This document shows positions 1 through 11,000 of a stretch of DNA of 63,953 nucleotides, piece by piece (the first letter of the stretch is position 1; every line of letters starts with the position of its first letter). The DNA is from a virus. Its lineage: Duplodnaviria; Caudoviricetes. Made by a program: the position numbers and the translations under genes. The stretch is from positions 1 to 63,953 of the IMG/VR virus record IMGVR_UViG_3300030329_001933; one strand, given 5' to 3'. The notes under the pieces are model-generated. The model had not been told where the DNA came from. It did no database searches and was given only the letters and a program-made list of their open reading frames with translations.

Positions 1-99
1 CCTTATAGTAGAAATATATAGACCTAATAAAGATATTAACGAAGACTTAATGGTTTACTACGAGGTAGGAGATAAGTACCCTATTATAAACGCTGGTGA
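1..99. repeat. Terminal overlap, copy 1 (identical to 63855-63953); circular assembly
   Basis: Exact 99-nt identity of both window ends, inside a continuous reading frame. Confidence 0.97.
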
Positions 100-2395
100 A
101 GCTAATAGGTCTCATTCTGGTGATGGTAACCAAACTAGTGATTACACGTTTAATAAAGATTTAAACTTAGACCTTTCTGTTACTCCAGCTGTTATAAATA
201 TAACCTCAGGTGATATATACCTTAAGCCTAGAAATATGGCTACTAGTAACGATGGTGGAACATCTGAAACTTTCTTCCCTGAAGATTACTACCTAAACGA
301 TTTCCATAGGACTAATCACTACAGTAAGGGTAGAATAAACGTTATTAATAATAACGCTGCTGAGAGACATTTAGAGGCATCTGTTTATTACTCAGAGACG
401 TACTCTAGTACAGCCTCTATAAATGGTTTATCTAGCTTTAACTTAGCTAACGTACCTTACTTTGATTATAACAAAAACTTCGGTTCTATACAGTCTTTAA
501 TGATGAAGGATGATGACCTACTTATATTCCACGAGAATAAGGTTGGTAGAGTTCTAGTTCAGAAAGACATACTAAGAACAGCCTCTGGAGAGGGTATGGT
601 TTCTTTATCTAATAATATTATAGATAACTACGTGTCCCTTTACTCAGGTGAGTACGGATGTTGTTTACAACCTGAGAGTATTGTCAAGTTTGGAAACAGG
701 TTCTACTTTGTTGATATTAAAAGAGGTGCTGTTTTAAGGTTATCTGCTGATGGTTTAACAGTAATCTCAGACCAAGGTATGAGAGATTACTTTAGAGACC
801 TTGGTGAGATGTACGTTATAAACGACCCTGAAGGGCAAAAAGAATACAGCTTTAGTATTGTCGCTGGATACGACCCTAAGTACGATGAGTATATAGTTAC
901 CTTCCCTGATGTTTACGAAAAAGATGATGATGGTAGATGGAGTGGTGAGAGAACCTTGTGGGATTCTAACTACAGTATCTATAAGAATATGGATAATAGA
1001 AGCACTAAAGTTTTTGAATCTAAAACTGTTGCGTTTAACGAGAGGGTAAATAGATGGACATCTTTCTACACCTTCTATCCAGAGTACTATGGTAGAGTGG
1101 GTAGACAGTTTATAGGGTTTAAAAATGGTAGGTTATGGAAGCATAACATGACTGATAGAGGGTATCAGAATATTCATACTGGTTTAGGTGACTGGGAATC
1201 CAAGTTCAATTATATATATGGAACGCAATACGGTTCTACAATACAATTCCCTTTTAATGCTGAGCCTTCATCTGTAAAGACATACAACGCTATATCTTTA
1301 GAGAGTGATGTCAAGCTATTTACATCCATGCACTCTAATATAGGTCAAACAATTACAGGGCCGTATATGACAGATGGCTATGATCAAACTATAAATACAG
1401 AGATAGGTTACAGAAAGGTTGAAGGTGTTTTACAAAATGATATTCAAGAGGTAGGTGAAGGTCAGTTTGTGGGGTCGACAGCTATAATTAAAGGAGAAGG
1501 AACAAAGTTCTTTGAAGACGTTAAAAAGGGTGATGCTGTTAGGATTTGGGGTGTAAACTCTAACGGTAATAAAACATGGGTTAATAGAATAATAAAAAGC
1601 GTAATTTCAAATAATATTTTACTCCTTAATGAACATGTTGATTTAGATGTTGAAAATTTCTATATGGAGGTTATCGACTATAAAACAAAAGAGGGTATTC
1701 AATACACTCACATTCCTTTTGTTAGTTCTGATATAGATTTAGGTAGGAACCCTACGTCTTACACCCTCTTAGAAGAGGGTTATGGAGATGGTTCTGAGTT
1801 CCATGGCATAGGTCCAGTAGATCACTCTAGTTCTGACGTTATGACCTCAGATACTGAGGTTAGCTCTGGTAATCTTGGTAGCTTTCTTGGAGCCTCTATA
1901 AATGAAAAAATTAATCCAAAAAGGATTAAACCAAGCTTAATGATTGTTGGTGCTGAGTATGCTTTATATGATATTGGAGATTCTGATGCTAGTATCTTGG
2001 GTGAATTTGGTGTTAATGCTATAGGCGATGTGTTTACGTATACTAAAGAGGTTAGCTTTAGTGGGGAACAAGATAATGAGATTAGTGTTATATCAACAGG
2101 CTACAAGTTGTACCTTCAAAAAGAAGATGGAAGTATTGAATTTTTAGGATACGTTTGGGGTGCTGGAGATAATGTACGTTTTGTGAAGGCTGATTCTTAC
2201 ACTCCTCCTGCACAAATTAAAGGGTTCTTATTTGTAGTTAAAAATGGAACTGTAGAAGGAGAAAAGATGAAGGGTCAGTATATGATGACAACATTAAGTA
2301 CTGGGGAATTAGGGTCACAACGTTTATCAAAATATAAGTTTAACTTATACGCTGCTAACGCTGACGTAGACAAGAGTGAGCTTAGCAACAAATAA
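2..2395 (+). CDS. C-terminal part of giant tail stabilisation/muzzle protein (continues from 55636 across the junction)
   Basis: ATG at 50 corresponds to 63904, in frame with ATG 55636. Beta-propeller-type segments (FGSIQSL, YSGEYGCCLQPESIV, YFVDIKRGAVLRLSADGLTVIS, GYDPKYDEY, WTSFYTFYPE) resemble P22 gp10/crAss muzzle-like proteins. Confidence 0.8.
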   Translation, partial: LIVEIYRPNKDINEDLMVYYEVGDKYPIINAGEANRSHSGDGNQTSDYTFNKDLNLDLSVTPAVINITSGDIYLKPRNMATSNDGGTSETFFPEDYYLNDFHRTNHYSKGRINVINNNAAERHLEASVYYSETYSSTASINGLSSFNLANVPYFDYNKNFGSIQSLMMKDDDLLIFHENKVGRVLVQKDILRTASGEGMVSLSNNIIDNYVSLYSGEYGCCLQPESIVKFGNRFYFVDIKRGAVLRLSADGLTVISDQGMRDYFRDLGEMYVINDPEGQKEYSFSIVAGYDPKYDEYIVTFPDVYEKDDDGRWSGERTLWDSNYSIYKNMDNRSTKVFESKTVAFNERVNRWTSFYTFYPEYYGRVGRQFIGFKNGRLWKHNMTDRGYQNIHTGLGDWESKFNYIYGTQYGSTIQFPFNAEPSSVKTYNAISLESDVKLFTSMHSNIGQTITGPYMTDGYDQTINTEIGYRKVEGVLQNDIQEVGEGQFVGSTAIIKGEGTKFFEDVKKGDAVRIWGVNSNGNKTWVNRIIKSVISNNILLLNEHVDLDVENFYMEVIDYKTKEGIQYTHIPFVSSDIDLGRNPTSYTLLEEGYGDGSEFHGIGPVDHSSSDVMTSDTEVSSGNLGSFLGASINEKINPKRIKPSLMIVGAEYALYDIGDSDASILGEFGVNAIGDVFTYTKEVSFSGEQDNEISVISTGYKLYLQKEDGSIEFLGYVWGAGDNVRFVKADSYTPPAQIKGFLFVVKNGTVEGEKMKGQYMMTTLSTGELGSQRLSKYKFNLYAANADVDKSELSNK

Positions 2396-2410
2396 TAAGA
2401 AAAAAATTAG

Positions 2411-2418
2411 TACATTTG
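2411..2418 (+). promoter_or_regulatory. Bacteroidota sigma-70 -7 element (TACATTTG) for cargo-protein operon
   Basis: Matches TAnnTTTG in the intergenic gap 15 nt before ATG 2434. Confidence 0.7.
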
Positions 2419-2433
2419 TAAAAATTCAATAAT

Positions 2434-3591
2434 ATGGCACGAAGAGTGAAACCTAAGATAAAGTATAAGAAAAATAAAAAAACCCCTAAAGCTTTTGTTG
2501 GAGCTACCATGGCAGCCTTAGGTGCAGCTAAAATGATTACTGGAGCTATACAAAAAAGAAGAGCTAAGAAAGCTGAAGCAGCTTTTGATAAAAGTAGGTT
2601 AGAAACTCAGGTTAGTAAAGCCACTAAAGAAATGGCTGACGAACCTATAGACCAAGGCTACATAGAGAACATACAACAACAACAAGCCTCTGATAGGGCC
2701 TCTGCTATGGGTGCTTTATCTAAAGACCCTAGAAATATATTACCAGGAGTAATGGGCTTAGAGGGTCAAAAGAGGAAGGAAGATATAGCTTTATTAAAAT
2801 TACAGCAAGACGCTAAAACTGAAGCTATGAGTAACCTAGCTAAAGAGCAGCAGGCTGTAGATAAAAGAAAGGCTGAGATTGCAGAACAAGAGCTTGCAGG
2901 TATTGTGGGTGAGAAAGCTGCAGGGCAACAAAACTTGTTTGGCGGTGCTGAAGATGTTGTTAGTGGATTTGGAGCTATGGCTAAAAAAGGTGCTAAGATA
3001 GATGCTGAAGATGGTGGAGTAACTCCAGGAGAGTTTAGCCACGATGAAAACCCTATTGATATGGTTCAAGATGGAGAGAAGATTGGTGAGGCTACAGGTG
3101 GTGAGCTAATCCTTCCTCCTGATGATGTTGAAGAAATTAGATCAGCTCTTAGTAGTGGAGATAAGAATATTGCTTTTCAACTTATGGAGGATTTAGTTGC
3201 CAAGTATGATAAGAACGTTATAGGTGACGATGAAGACCCTGAAGCTCAAGAAGGGGCTAAGGTTCAGGAACCTACTGTACCACCTTTAGATAGCGATAGA
3301 GCTAATGAGATTGTTAAGGTTATGAAGGAGAACGCTACGCAGGTTAGAAACGTTGGAGAACTTCCTTTTGATGAAGACCCTACAAACCCAGCAGGTTTAG
3401 TTAACTACATAGGAGGGAAACTTTCATTTGATATAGACTCAACTAACGTAGCTGAGATTGACTTTATCAAGAACTACAGAGAGCATTTAATTAAAGAAAA
3501 AGGTAGAGCTGACTCACCTGAAATGAAGCATGGAGGCTATCTAGCAAAGGTTAAAGCTAGAATAGGGTCGTACATGAAATCAAAATACTAA
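2434..3591 (+). CDS. Putative internal virion (ejected cargo) protein 1
   Basis: 385 aa; basic N-terminus, Gly/Ala hydrophobic stretch, Q/A-rich helices, SHDENPID...EATGGE motif; follows muzzle gene. Confidence 0.6.
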   Translation: MARRVKPKIKYKKNKKTPKAFVGATMAALGAAKMITGAIQKRRAKKAEAAFDKSRLETQVSKATKEMADEPIDQGYIENIQQQQASDRASAMGALSKDPRNILPGVMGLEGQKRKEDIALLKLQQDAKTEAMSNLAKEQQAVDKRKAEIAEQELAGIVGEKAAGQQNLFGGAEDVVSGFGAMAKKGAKIDAEDGGVTPGEFSHDENPIDMVQDGEKIGEATGGELILPPDDVEEIRSALSSGDKNIAFQLMEDLVAKYDKNVIGDDEDPEAQEGAKVQEPTVPPLDSDRANEIVKVMKENATQVRNVGELPFDEDPTNPAGLVNYIGGKLSFDIDSTNVAEIDFIKNYREHLIKEKGRADSPEMKHGGYLAKVKARIGSYMKSKY

Positions 3592-3594
3592 AAC

Positions 3595-5025
3595 ATGGCT
3601 GGAGAAGGTTTATTTTTCACAGGGCAGGTTCTTAAAAACAATCGTGATCTTTTAAAGGAAGAGAATGCTAGGCAAAAACTTGCCCTGCAAAGAGAGCAAC
3701 TTGAACTTCAAAAACAAGCTGCCGCAGACAAGAGAAGAGCTGATAGAGAGAAAGGGAAGAAGGATTTAGCTCAGACTTTTTCTATAGAAGATATTAATGC
3801 CGACTACGTTCCATTTATAAATAACTCTATATCAGACTATAAGGGTTTTGTCTCTGATAACTATCAAGCTATACAGGATGGTGATAGCGAAGTCCTTAGA
3901 CAGAAAAGAGAGATGGAGAGGGACCTTACAAACAATACAGCCCTTTTAAAGCAAAGATCTACAAGTCTTCAAAACTACAGAACAACAGTAGACGAAGGTG
4001 AGGATTTAATAAACTTTAATGTAGATGATGATGGTAATTACATGCACGAAAATTATCATCAACAGTTTTTAGATGGTCTATCCCAAGGGCTTGATATTTC
4101 AGAACTTAATAAGCAGTATAACATAGATTCAAAAATGACTGTTGAAGGCAAGTGGGAAGACCCTTCTATGCTTTTAATTAAAGGTGTCATAAATAAGCCT
4201 ACAGGTTTTTACGTTAACGAAAAAACAGGGGAAGAGTTTAATATAGTGTCTGGTAAACAAAAGGACGAATCTAGACAAGAAATTGCTAGAGGGTTAACTA
4301 TTAGTGATAACCTTAGTTGGGATAACCTAGACTACAGAAGAATATATAACAGGAAAAGAGTTAGAGTTTCTGACGGAACTACAGTTAATGCTCAAGAAGC
4401 TTTTTTCGCAGAGTCTTATCAGGGTGGTGGAAATACTAATCCATCTCCAGAACTACTTGCTAAGCTAGACCCGTCTAATGAAAATTTATTTGATAGAAAG
4501 GTTGCTGATGAGTACGCAAACTACTTGGCAGGTAAGATAACTGAAGAAGGATTTAAAAACGCTCCATCAGTTAGTAAAGGAATACCTTCTAAGGGTAAAG
4601 GAAAAGGTGATAAGTCAGTGGATACCTCTTTTTATTACGGTCAATCTAAGAACGTTTTACCATTTGGTGATGTCCAGGTTAAGAGTGATGAAGGGTTCTA
4701 TGACGAGTCCGCAACAGGTAAGGTTTCTATAGGTCCTGAAAGCTTACTTCCAGGTCAGGCTGGATTATCTGAGGAGTTTAATAAAGAGTTTCAAAGCTTA
4801 GTTGGTAGTGGAGATCAGCGTACAGTACCTGCTAATGTTATAGGTGTTTACGTAACCTCTAACAATGTCCCTGTTGCTAAAGTTCAATTGGAGGGAGGTA
4901 ACCAACAAGTCTTGGTTCCTTTATCTAATTTAAGTAACTTCGCAGAGAAGCTAAAGGGTAGAGCAGGAGAAATATACAGTATGTCTAAGCAATCTGCAGT
5001 AGCGATAGATACATCAAAATATTAA
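3595..5025 (+). CDS. Putative internal virion (ejected cargo) protein 2
   Basis: 476 aa, N-terminal coiled coil, position between cargo genes. Confidence 0.55.
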   Translation: MAGEGLFFTGQVLKNNRDLLKEENARQKLALQREQLELQKQAAADKRRADREKGKKDLAQTFSIEDINADYVPFINNSISDYKGFVSDNYQAIQDGDSEVLRQKREMERDLTNNTALLKQRSTSLQNYRTTVDEGEDLINFNVDDDGNYMHENYHQQFLDGLSQGLDISELNKQYNIDSKMTVEGKWEDPSMLLIKGVINKPTGFYVNEKTGEEFNIVSGKQKDESRQEIARGLTISDNLSWDNLDYRRIYNRKRVRVSDGTTVNAQEAFFAESYQGGGNTNPSPELLAKLDPSNENLFDRKVADEYANYLAGKITEEGFKNAPSVSKGIPSKGKGKGDKSVDTSFYYGQSKNVLPFGDVQVKSDEGFYDESATGKVSIGPESLLPGQAGLSEEFNKEFQSLVGSGDQRTVPANVIGVYVTSNNVPVAKVQLEGGNQQVLVPLSNLSNFAEKLKGRAGEIYSMSKQSAVAIDTSKY

Positions 5026-5035
5026 GAAACGAATA

Positions 5036-8000
5036 ATGAACGAAGAAGCATTAAAAGATGCCTACAGCTTGTTTACACAATCAGGCTACAGCGGCTCACA
5101 AGATGAGTTTTACACTTTATTATCTGACAACGCTGAAGCGTTTGCAGACTCTTATGCTTTATTTAAAGGATCTGGATATAAGGGGTCTGAAGATAATTAC
5201 AAAGAGTTATTAGGCTTAAAAAAAAAAGATTCTTCAGCATTACAAGATGCGGCTGCTCAGATGGCTTCAGGGGATACTCCATCAACATCGGATCTTTCTC
5301 AGTCTTCTTTGGAACAAGACGTTCAAGCTAGTTTAGAGGAAAGATTATCTGGGTTTAGAGACCTTCCTGAACAGGAGCAATTAAATGCTGTAAATAACGA
5401 AGCTAAAAAACCTTTCTACGAGGCTCAAGGTATTGACTACCAAGAGATGCTTAACTTTCAATCTGTACTTGACAATCAAAAGCAAGAAAAGCAGGAAGAA
5501 GAAGAGGTTAGCGAAGAGTCTAGCTTCCTATCAAATCTATACGACAAAATAACAAGTACCGAAGATTTAGAGCAGGATATGTTTACTACAGACGTAGACC
5601 TGGCTAATCAATATTTTGCTGACAACAGAGATAAAATGAGGTCAGCTAAAGCTCAATACTCTAGAGCTAGATTTGACGATATACTTAAAACGTCAAAGGA
5701 TAACCAAGAATTTGCTAAAAGAATAGAAGACGCAGACATTGACACCAATGATCTTGCAATGCCAGAACTAAATATTGATGGTCAATCTAAATCCTTTAAC
5801 GAGTGGTTAGACTATTGGATGGAGGGTGACAATGTTGAGGATCAGCAAAAAGCTATTAAAGAGCAGGAGGAGTATGATAACGCTATAAAAGAAGGTATGA
5901 GTGCCGAAGAGGCTTCTGAAAAGTTCCTCAAAACTCAGGTTCCTGATATATCTATTAATGTTCCCAAAGAGTCTGACCCCAATTACAAAGCGTTAAAGTA
6001 TGCTGACGATCTAATGAACAGACAATTAGGTTCTGGTAGTAGCAGAACCTTTGATGCTTTTGAAGGTCTTTTAGCTACTACTGTTGATTTAGGAGCAGGA
6101 TTATTAGAACAAGTTGAGAAAGTTGGGGCACTTTCTGCGTCTGCTCAGTCAGGTAGCACTATGCCTTGGGATTTGTATATGATGAAGGGTGGTCACTTTG
6201 CTAACAAGGTTAGGGATTACGCAAACGATATAAGAGAAAACACAAGAATACCTGAAGAGGGTTCTATATCTGAGGCTATATTAAATGGTAACGTTGAAGA
6301 TGCTGTGTACCAAACAGCAAGTGGCGTAGCTAATGCTATCCCTTTTACTGTTGCTGTGGCTTTAGCCGCACCTGTCGCAGGGCCTACTGGGGCTTTAGTT
6401 CTTGGTGGTGCGTCAGCAGCAGGTATGAAGTCTTTAGAGCTCAAAGAGAGGAGAAGAGTTGGTATAGAAGAGGGTACTAAAGATGCTGATATAAAGAATT
6501 GGCAAATACTTGTTAGTGAAACCGTTACAGGTGTAGCGGAAGGGTTTTTTGAGAGGTATACTCAAAGAATATTGCGAGCTGCTAAACTTGCAGGAGCCAA
6601 TAAAAATGTAGTATTTGAAAGTTACATAGAGGGTATAAAAAAGTCTATTAAACAAGAGGTTCCTAGTGAGGTGGCTACAGAGTTATCTACTTACTTTACA
6701 GATGTTGGGCTTGAGTTAGAAGAATTTGACTCAGGAGAGTTTGCAATTAGAGTAGTAGACACAAGTATTATATCATCCTTATTCGGTGGTAGTACTTATG
6801 TTTCAACCAGAGGTGCTACATCTATGGTTAATAAACTAAATATAATCAACGACAACACCTCTGTAATCTTTACTAACGAGAAAGGTGAGACAAAGGAAGT
6901 GTCTAGAGGTGAAGCTATAAACTTTGCTAAAGACCCAGAGATAGCTCAACAGATTAGAGATGGTAAGCTTAAGGTTGACTACTCTATGAATGACGCAGCT
7001 AAACAAGCTATAGAAGATTTAGTTTATGGATACACTGCCCCTGATGCTCAACAAGCTAGAGCTGAGATGTTCGAGAAGGAGAAGGTTGTATCTAATCTAT
7101 CTAGAAAAATTAATAAAGCTAAAGAAGAAGGTACTGAAATATCTAACGAGGATGTTTCTAACCTAGCTCAAGCTTTATCTGAGATGGAATCTGAAGGCAA
7201 GAAGTCTAAGTATAACGTTACTAAAAGCACTAAGGCTGCTAGAAGCGAGGCTAACAAAGTCCTTAAAGATAATAACATAGAGATAGTAGATGCTGTAAAC
7301 TCTCAAAATACATCTATATCTAACGTTACAGAAACTGTAGAGGCTACAAAGATAGACAATCAAAAGCAGTACGACTCTGTTAAGAAACAGTTAAAGGATG
7401 GTAAAGGAAAGCCAACTATAGTTCAGTCTCAAAATCAAAGTGGTGTTAGGATTGACGGAGAGGTGTCTCAAACTTCAGATATAACTCAAGGTGAGTTTAA
7501 AAATGCTTCTGTAGCTAAGAATGCTATGAAGGAGTTCGAGGCTAAGAGAGATGCTGCTAAGAGAGGGGAGATGATTGAAAGCGAATTGTTTCCTGCTAAC
7601 AATAAGTTGTTTACAAACACCAAGAAAGAAACCCTTGACGAAATACCTCAAGAGGTTATAGATAATAACGATTACCACATACTAACTTCAGAAAAAGAAG
7701 GTTTAACAGAGCAAGAAAGAGCCTCTAGAATGGAGGAGCTTAAATCTATGCTAGATGAGGCTGACGCAACTTATTATACCGTTCAGGGTGTTTATAACGG
7801 GGTTGCTGAAGAAAGCCTTGTGGTAACAGGAATAGATAACGCTACCGCTTTAAATATAGGTAATCAGTTCCAACAAGAGTCTATTTTCTCGTCTAAGGAT
7901 GGGTTAATGTTTGGTGATGGTAGTGTAGTTCCTTTAGATGGTGATGTATCAAAGGGTCCAGACGCTAGGAAAAGAGACGCTCTAACTATAATGAATGTTG

Positions 8001-11000
8001 GGGGTAGAAAATCCTCTATACATACAGGTCTTAACTGGGGTAATATGAGTTACGGTAAAAACTTTAACTCAGATAACATTCACAGGTTAGACGAGAGCGA
8101 TCCTAATTATGATAGTGAACTGTTCCAGGGATTAACTGACAGTAGAAAGAGAGCTTTAGGTTTTGCTTTTAAATTACTTAACTCTATTGGTGGCCTTAAC
8201 GTTACTATTGTTAGAAATAGTAAAGCTATGGAAGGTCAGCTTGAAGCTTTAGGTTACGACACAGCAAACAGAAACGCATCTTTCTTTAGGGGTGCTGACA
8301 AAACTATATACGTAAACCTTGAAACTGTTCGTGGCAATACTTTATTCCACGAGATAGTTCACCCAATGGTTGACTTTATTAAGAAGACTGATCCTGAGTT
8401 ATATAAGAGAATAGAGGGAGAGGTTTCTCAAGGTAAGGTTAAGAGAAGAGTGTTAAAGAATGGTCGTAAGGTAAAAGGATCTTACCTTCAGTGGGCTGAA
8501 GAAAACTACGCTGACTTATCTAAAGAAGGTCAAATAGAAGAGGCTTTTGCTGAGATGATGGGTGATGCTGCTTATGGTCACTTTAATAAGAGTCAATCTA
8601 CACTTAATAGAATTTTAGATATTGTTAGAGCTATGTTAGGTAAGCTTAACATAACTACTAATAAAGAAAACCCAGCAGCTATAAACCTAGATGAGATGTC
8701 TTTATCTGACATGAGAAAAAACTTAGCTGGTGCTTTAGTTGATGGTAGAAAGATTAACGTTGGGGGAATTGAATTTGAAGTTGGAGAGGTGAAGGTTGAT
8801 AAAGATAAGGTTAACAACTCAATTAGAACTCAGGTAGATAAATCAGAGCCTAACTCTGATCTTGGTGTTGTAAACGTAAACATACCAGACAACGTTCAAA
8901 CTCAAGAGATACGATTCCAAACTCCTGAATACTATCCAAACTTTGATATATCAAAAGTCAAAAGAGGTAGTATAAAAGAGTTTAATGGTCAGAAGGCTTT
9001 ACTTATGTTGACTGATAGATCGGCATCTGGTATGGTTGTATCTCCAACGGGTGTTAAGCATGAATTTGACGGAGGGGTGTTTTACCCTTACCAAGAAGAT
9101 ACAGGTGTTTGGGCATTCTCAGATAAGTCTGCAGCAACTAGAATGATTAACGCAGCAAAGGAGAGTGATGGTTTAGTATTCTTAACGGCTATGGCTCCAG
9201 GTTCTATTGATGGTAGCGTTAACATGTTTGATTACGTTATGAAAGAACTTGATCAAGCTATAAAAGATAAGAGAGCTACTAAGAAAGAGGTTCTAGACTT
9301 CCTTAATAAGAAGATGACTATAAAGTCTTTTGACTCTAAAGTTAAAGGTGAAGGGATAAAAACAGCTAAAGTTAAATCTGTAAAAGAGTTTAGTAATTTA
9401 GTTTTATCTATGCCTCAAGCTTTTGGTGTTAGGAAAGATATAATAAGGAAGTCTATCCAGAGTAAGATATTTGAGAAGTGGGGCGTACCTTCTATGCAGG
9501 AAATGTATGATGTTGTAAATCAAGATATTGTAAAAAACCTTAAGGGTAACCCTATAGTGTCTGCTATTAGGATAGATACAGAGGCTGGATATGTAGATTC
9601 TAGAACTGACGAAAGTATTAAAGATCACCCTACCTACCCATACGTTGTTAAAGGAGAGCCCTTAATGATATTTGACGAATCTATTGACGCTTCAGAAGTT
9701 TGGGATGAGCTCAACTTAGCTGATAAGTTTTTAATAGATTCTAAGACAGGAGAAAAACTAAGTGAAGGTACAACTCAAGCTAGAAGACAAAGAAAGATTG
9801 AGATGGCTAGACCTGTTGTTGAGATTAGAATGCAGGCTGCTGAAGTAGCAGAAGAATATGTAAATGACTTAGATCAGAAAATTAAATCTACGAGAAACTC
9901 TAAAGAATTACAAAGACTATTAGATATTAAATCTGGTTTAGCTTTTAGGTCTGGAGATTTAACAACTAAGGCTGAATATAAATTTAAAATGAGACCAGGC
10001 AGGAGCACTGGGCACTTTGGAACAGGTTTTTATTTTTTCAGCGACCTTAATAGAGCTAAGGCTTATGATGACAGAAGAGTTTCTGTTATTAACTTAAATA
10101 ATTATAATTTAGCTCCTGGTACTATTGAGCTGCACGATGCTCTTAAATTTATAAACAATACATCTTACAGCTATGACTATAATAAATACACTGTAGATAG
10201 ACAACACCTTGGTCGTATAGCTTCTATTGTAGGAGTTGAACTACCTATTGGTAAAGATTTAAATCCTTACAAAGAACTTTTTGCCCCTAAAGGTGCTAAA
10301 GCTTATGCTGAAAAGTATAATGCTTTAGTAGCAGAGTTTGGTGAGGATCTTGTTAATGAAAATTATTATAAATATATAGACTTTGAACAAAAAAGATATA
10401 GTAACGTTAATCAACTGGTTAACGATATTAACTCAAAGTTAAACGATTCAAATAATATTGATAGTCCTTCGACTCTTGTAATGAAGGCCTTAGGTTTTGA
10501 AGGTATAGATTCTAGGTACAATAAAGATACTGACAACTCAATCTATGGTACTGTAGTTTATGATATAAAATCTGATCAAATAGGTGGTATTAGAATGCAG
10601 GCTCCTCAAGTAGAAGAAGTGCAGTGGCAAAAATCTAAGATAGGTAGAGGTGATTTAGCTATCACTAATAGAAGAGAAGAGGTTAGAGAGGCTGCGCAGG
10701 ATTATTTCGATGGTAAGATAAACCAGGAGGAGTATCTGGAGATCGTTCAAGAGAATAGCCCTATTAAGCCTATAACCCAATTTATAGACCCTGCAAGCCT
10801 ACAAGATATTAAAACTGCTGTAGGATCGAAGATCGAAGGTAGATTAGACGTTCCTATAGAAGAGGGAACTAAGGTTGGTTTACGATTAGATATTCCTGCT
10901 TACACAAATAAAAATATATGGGCTATTACCGTACACGAAGATGGCAGAGGTAAAGCTATGTCTTATACAAATGTTGCTAGAATAAACAACGTTGAGTTTA

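Noticed and set aside
1-99. 99-bp terminal direct repeat as a biological DTR or att site
   Set aside because: It lies mid-gene in an uninterrupted frame and equals a common assembler k-mer length, so it is best read as a circularisation overlap
50-2395. Independent 781-aa gene
   Set aside because: In frame with the ORF from 55636 across the junction; it is that protein's C-terminus
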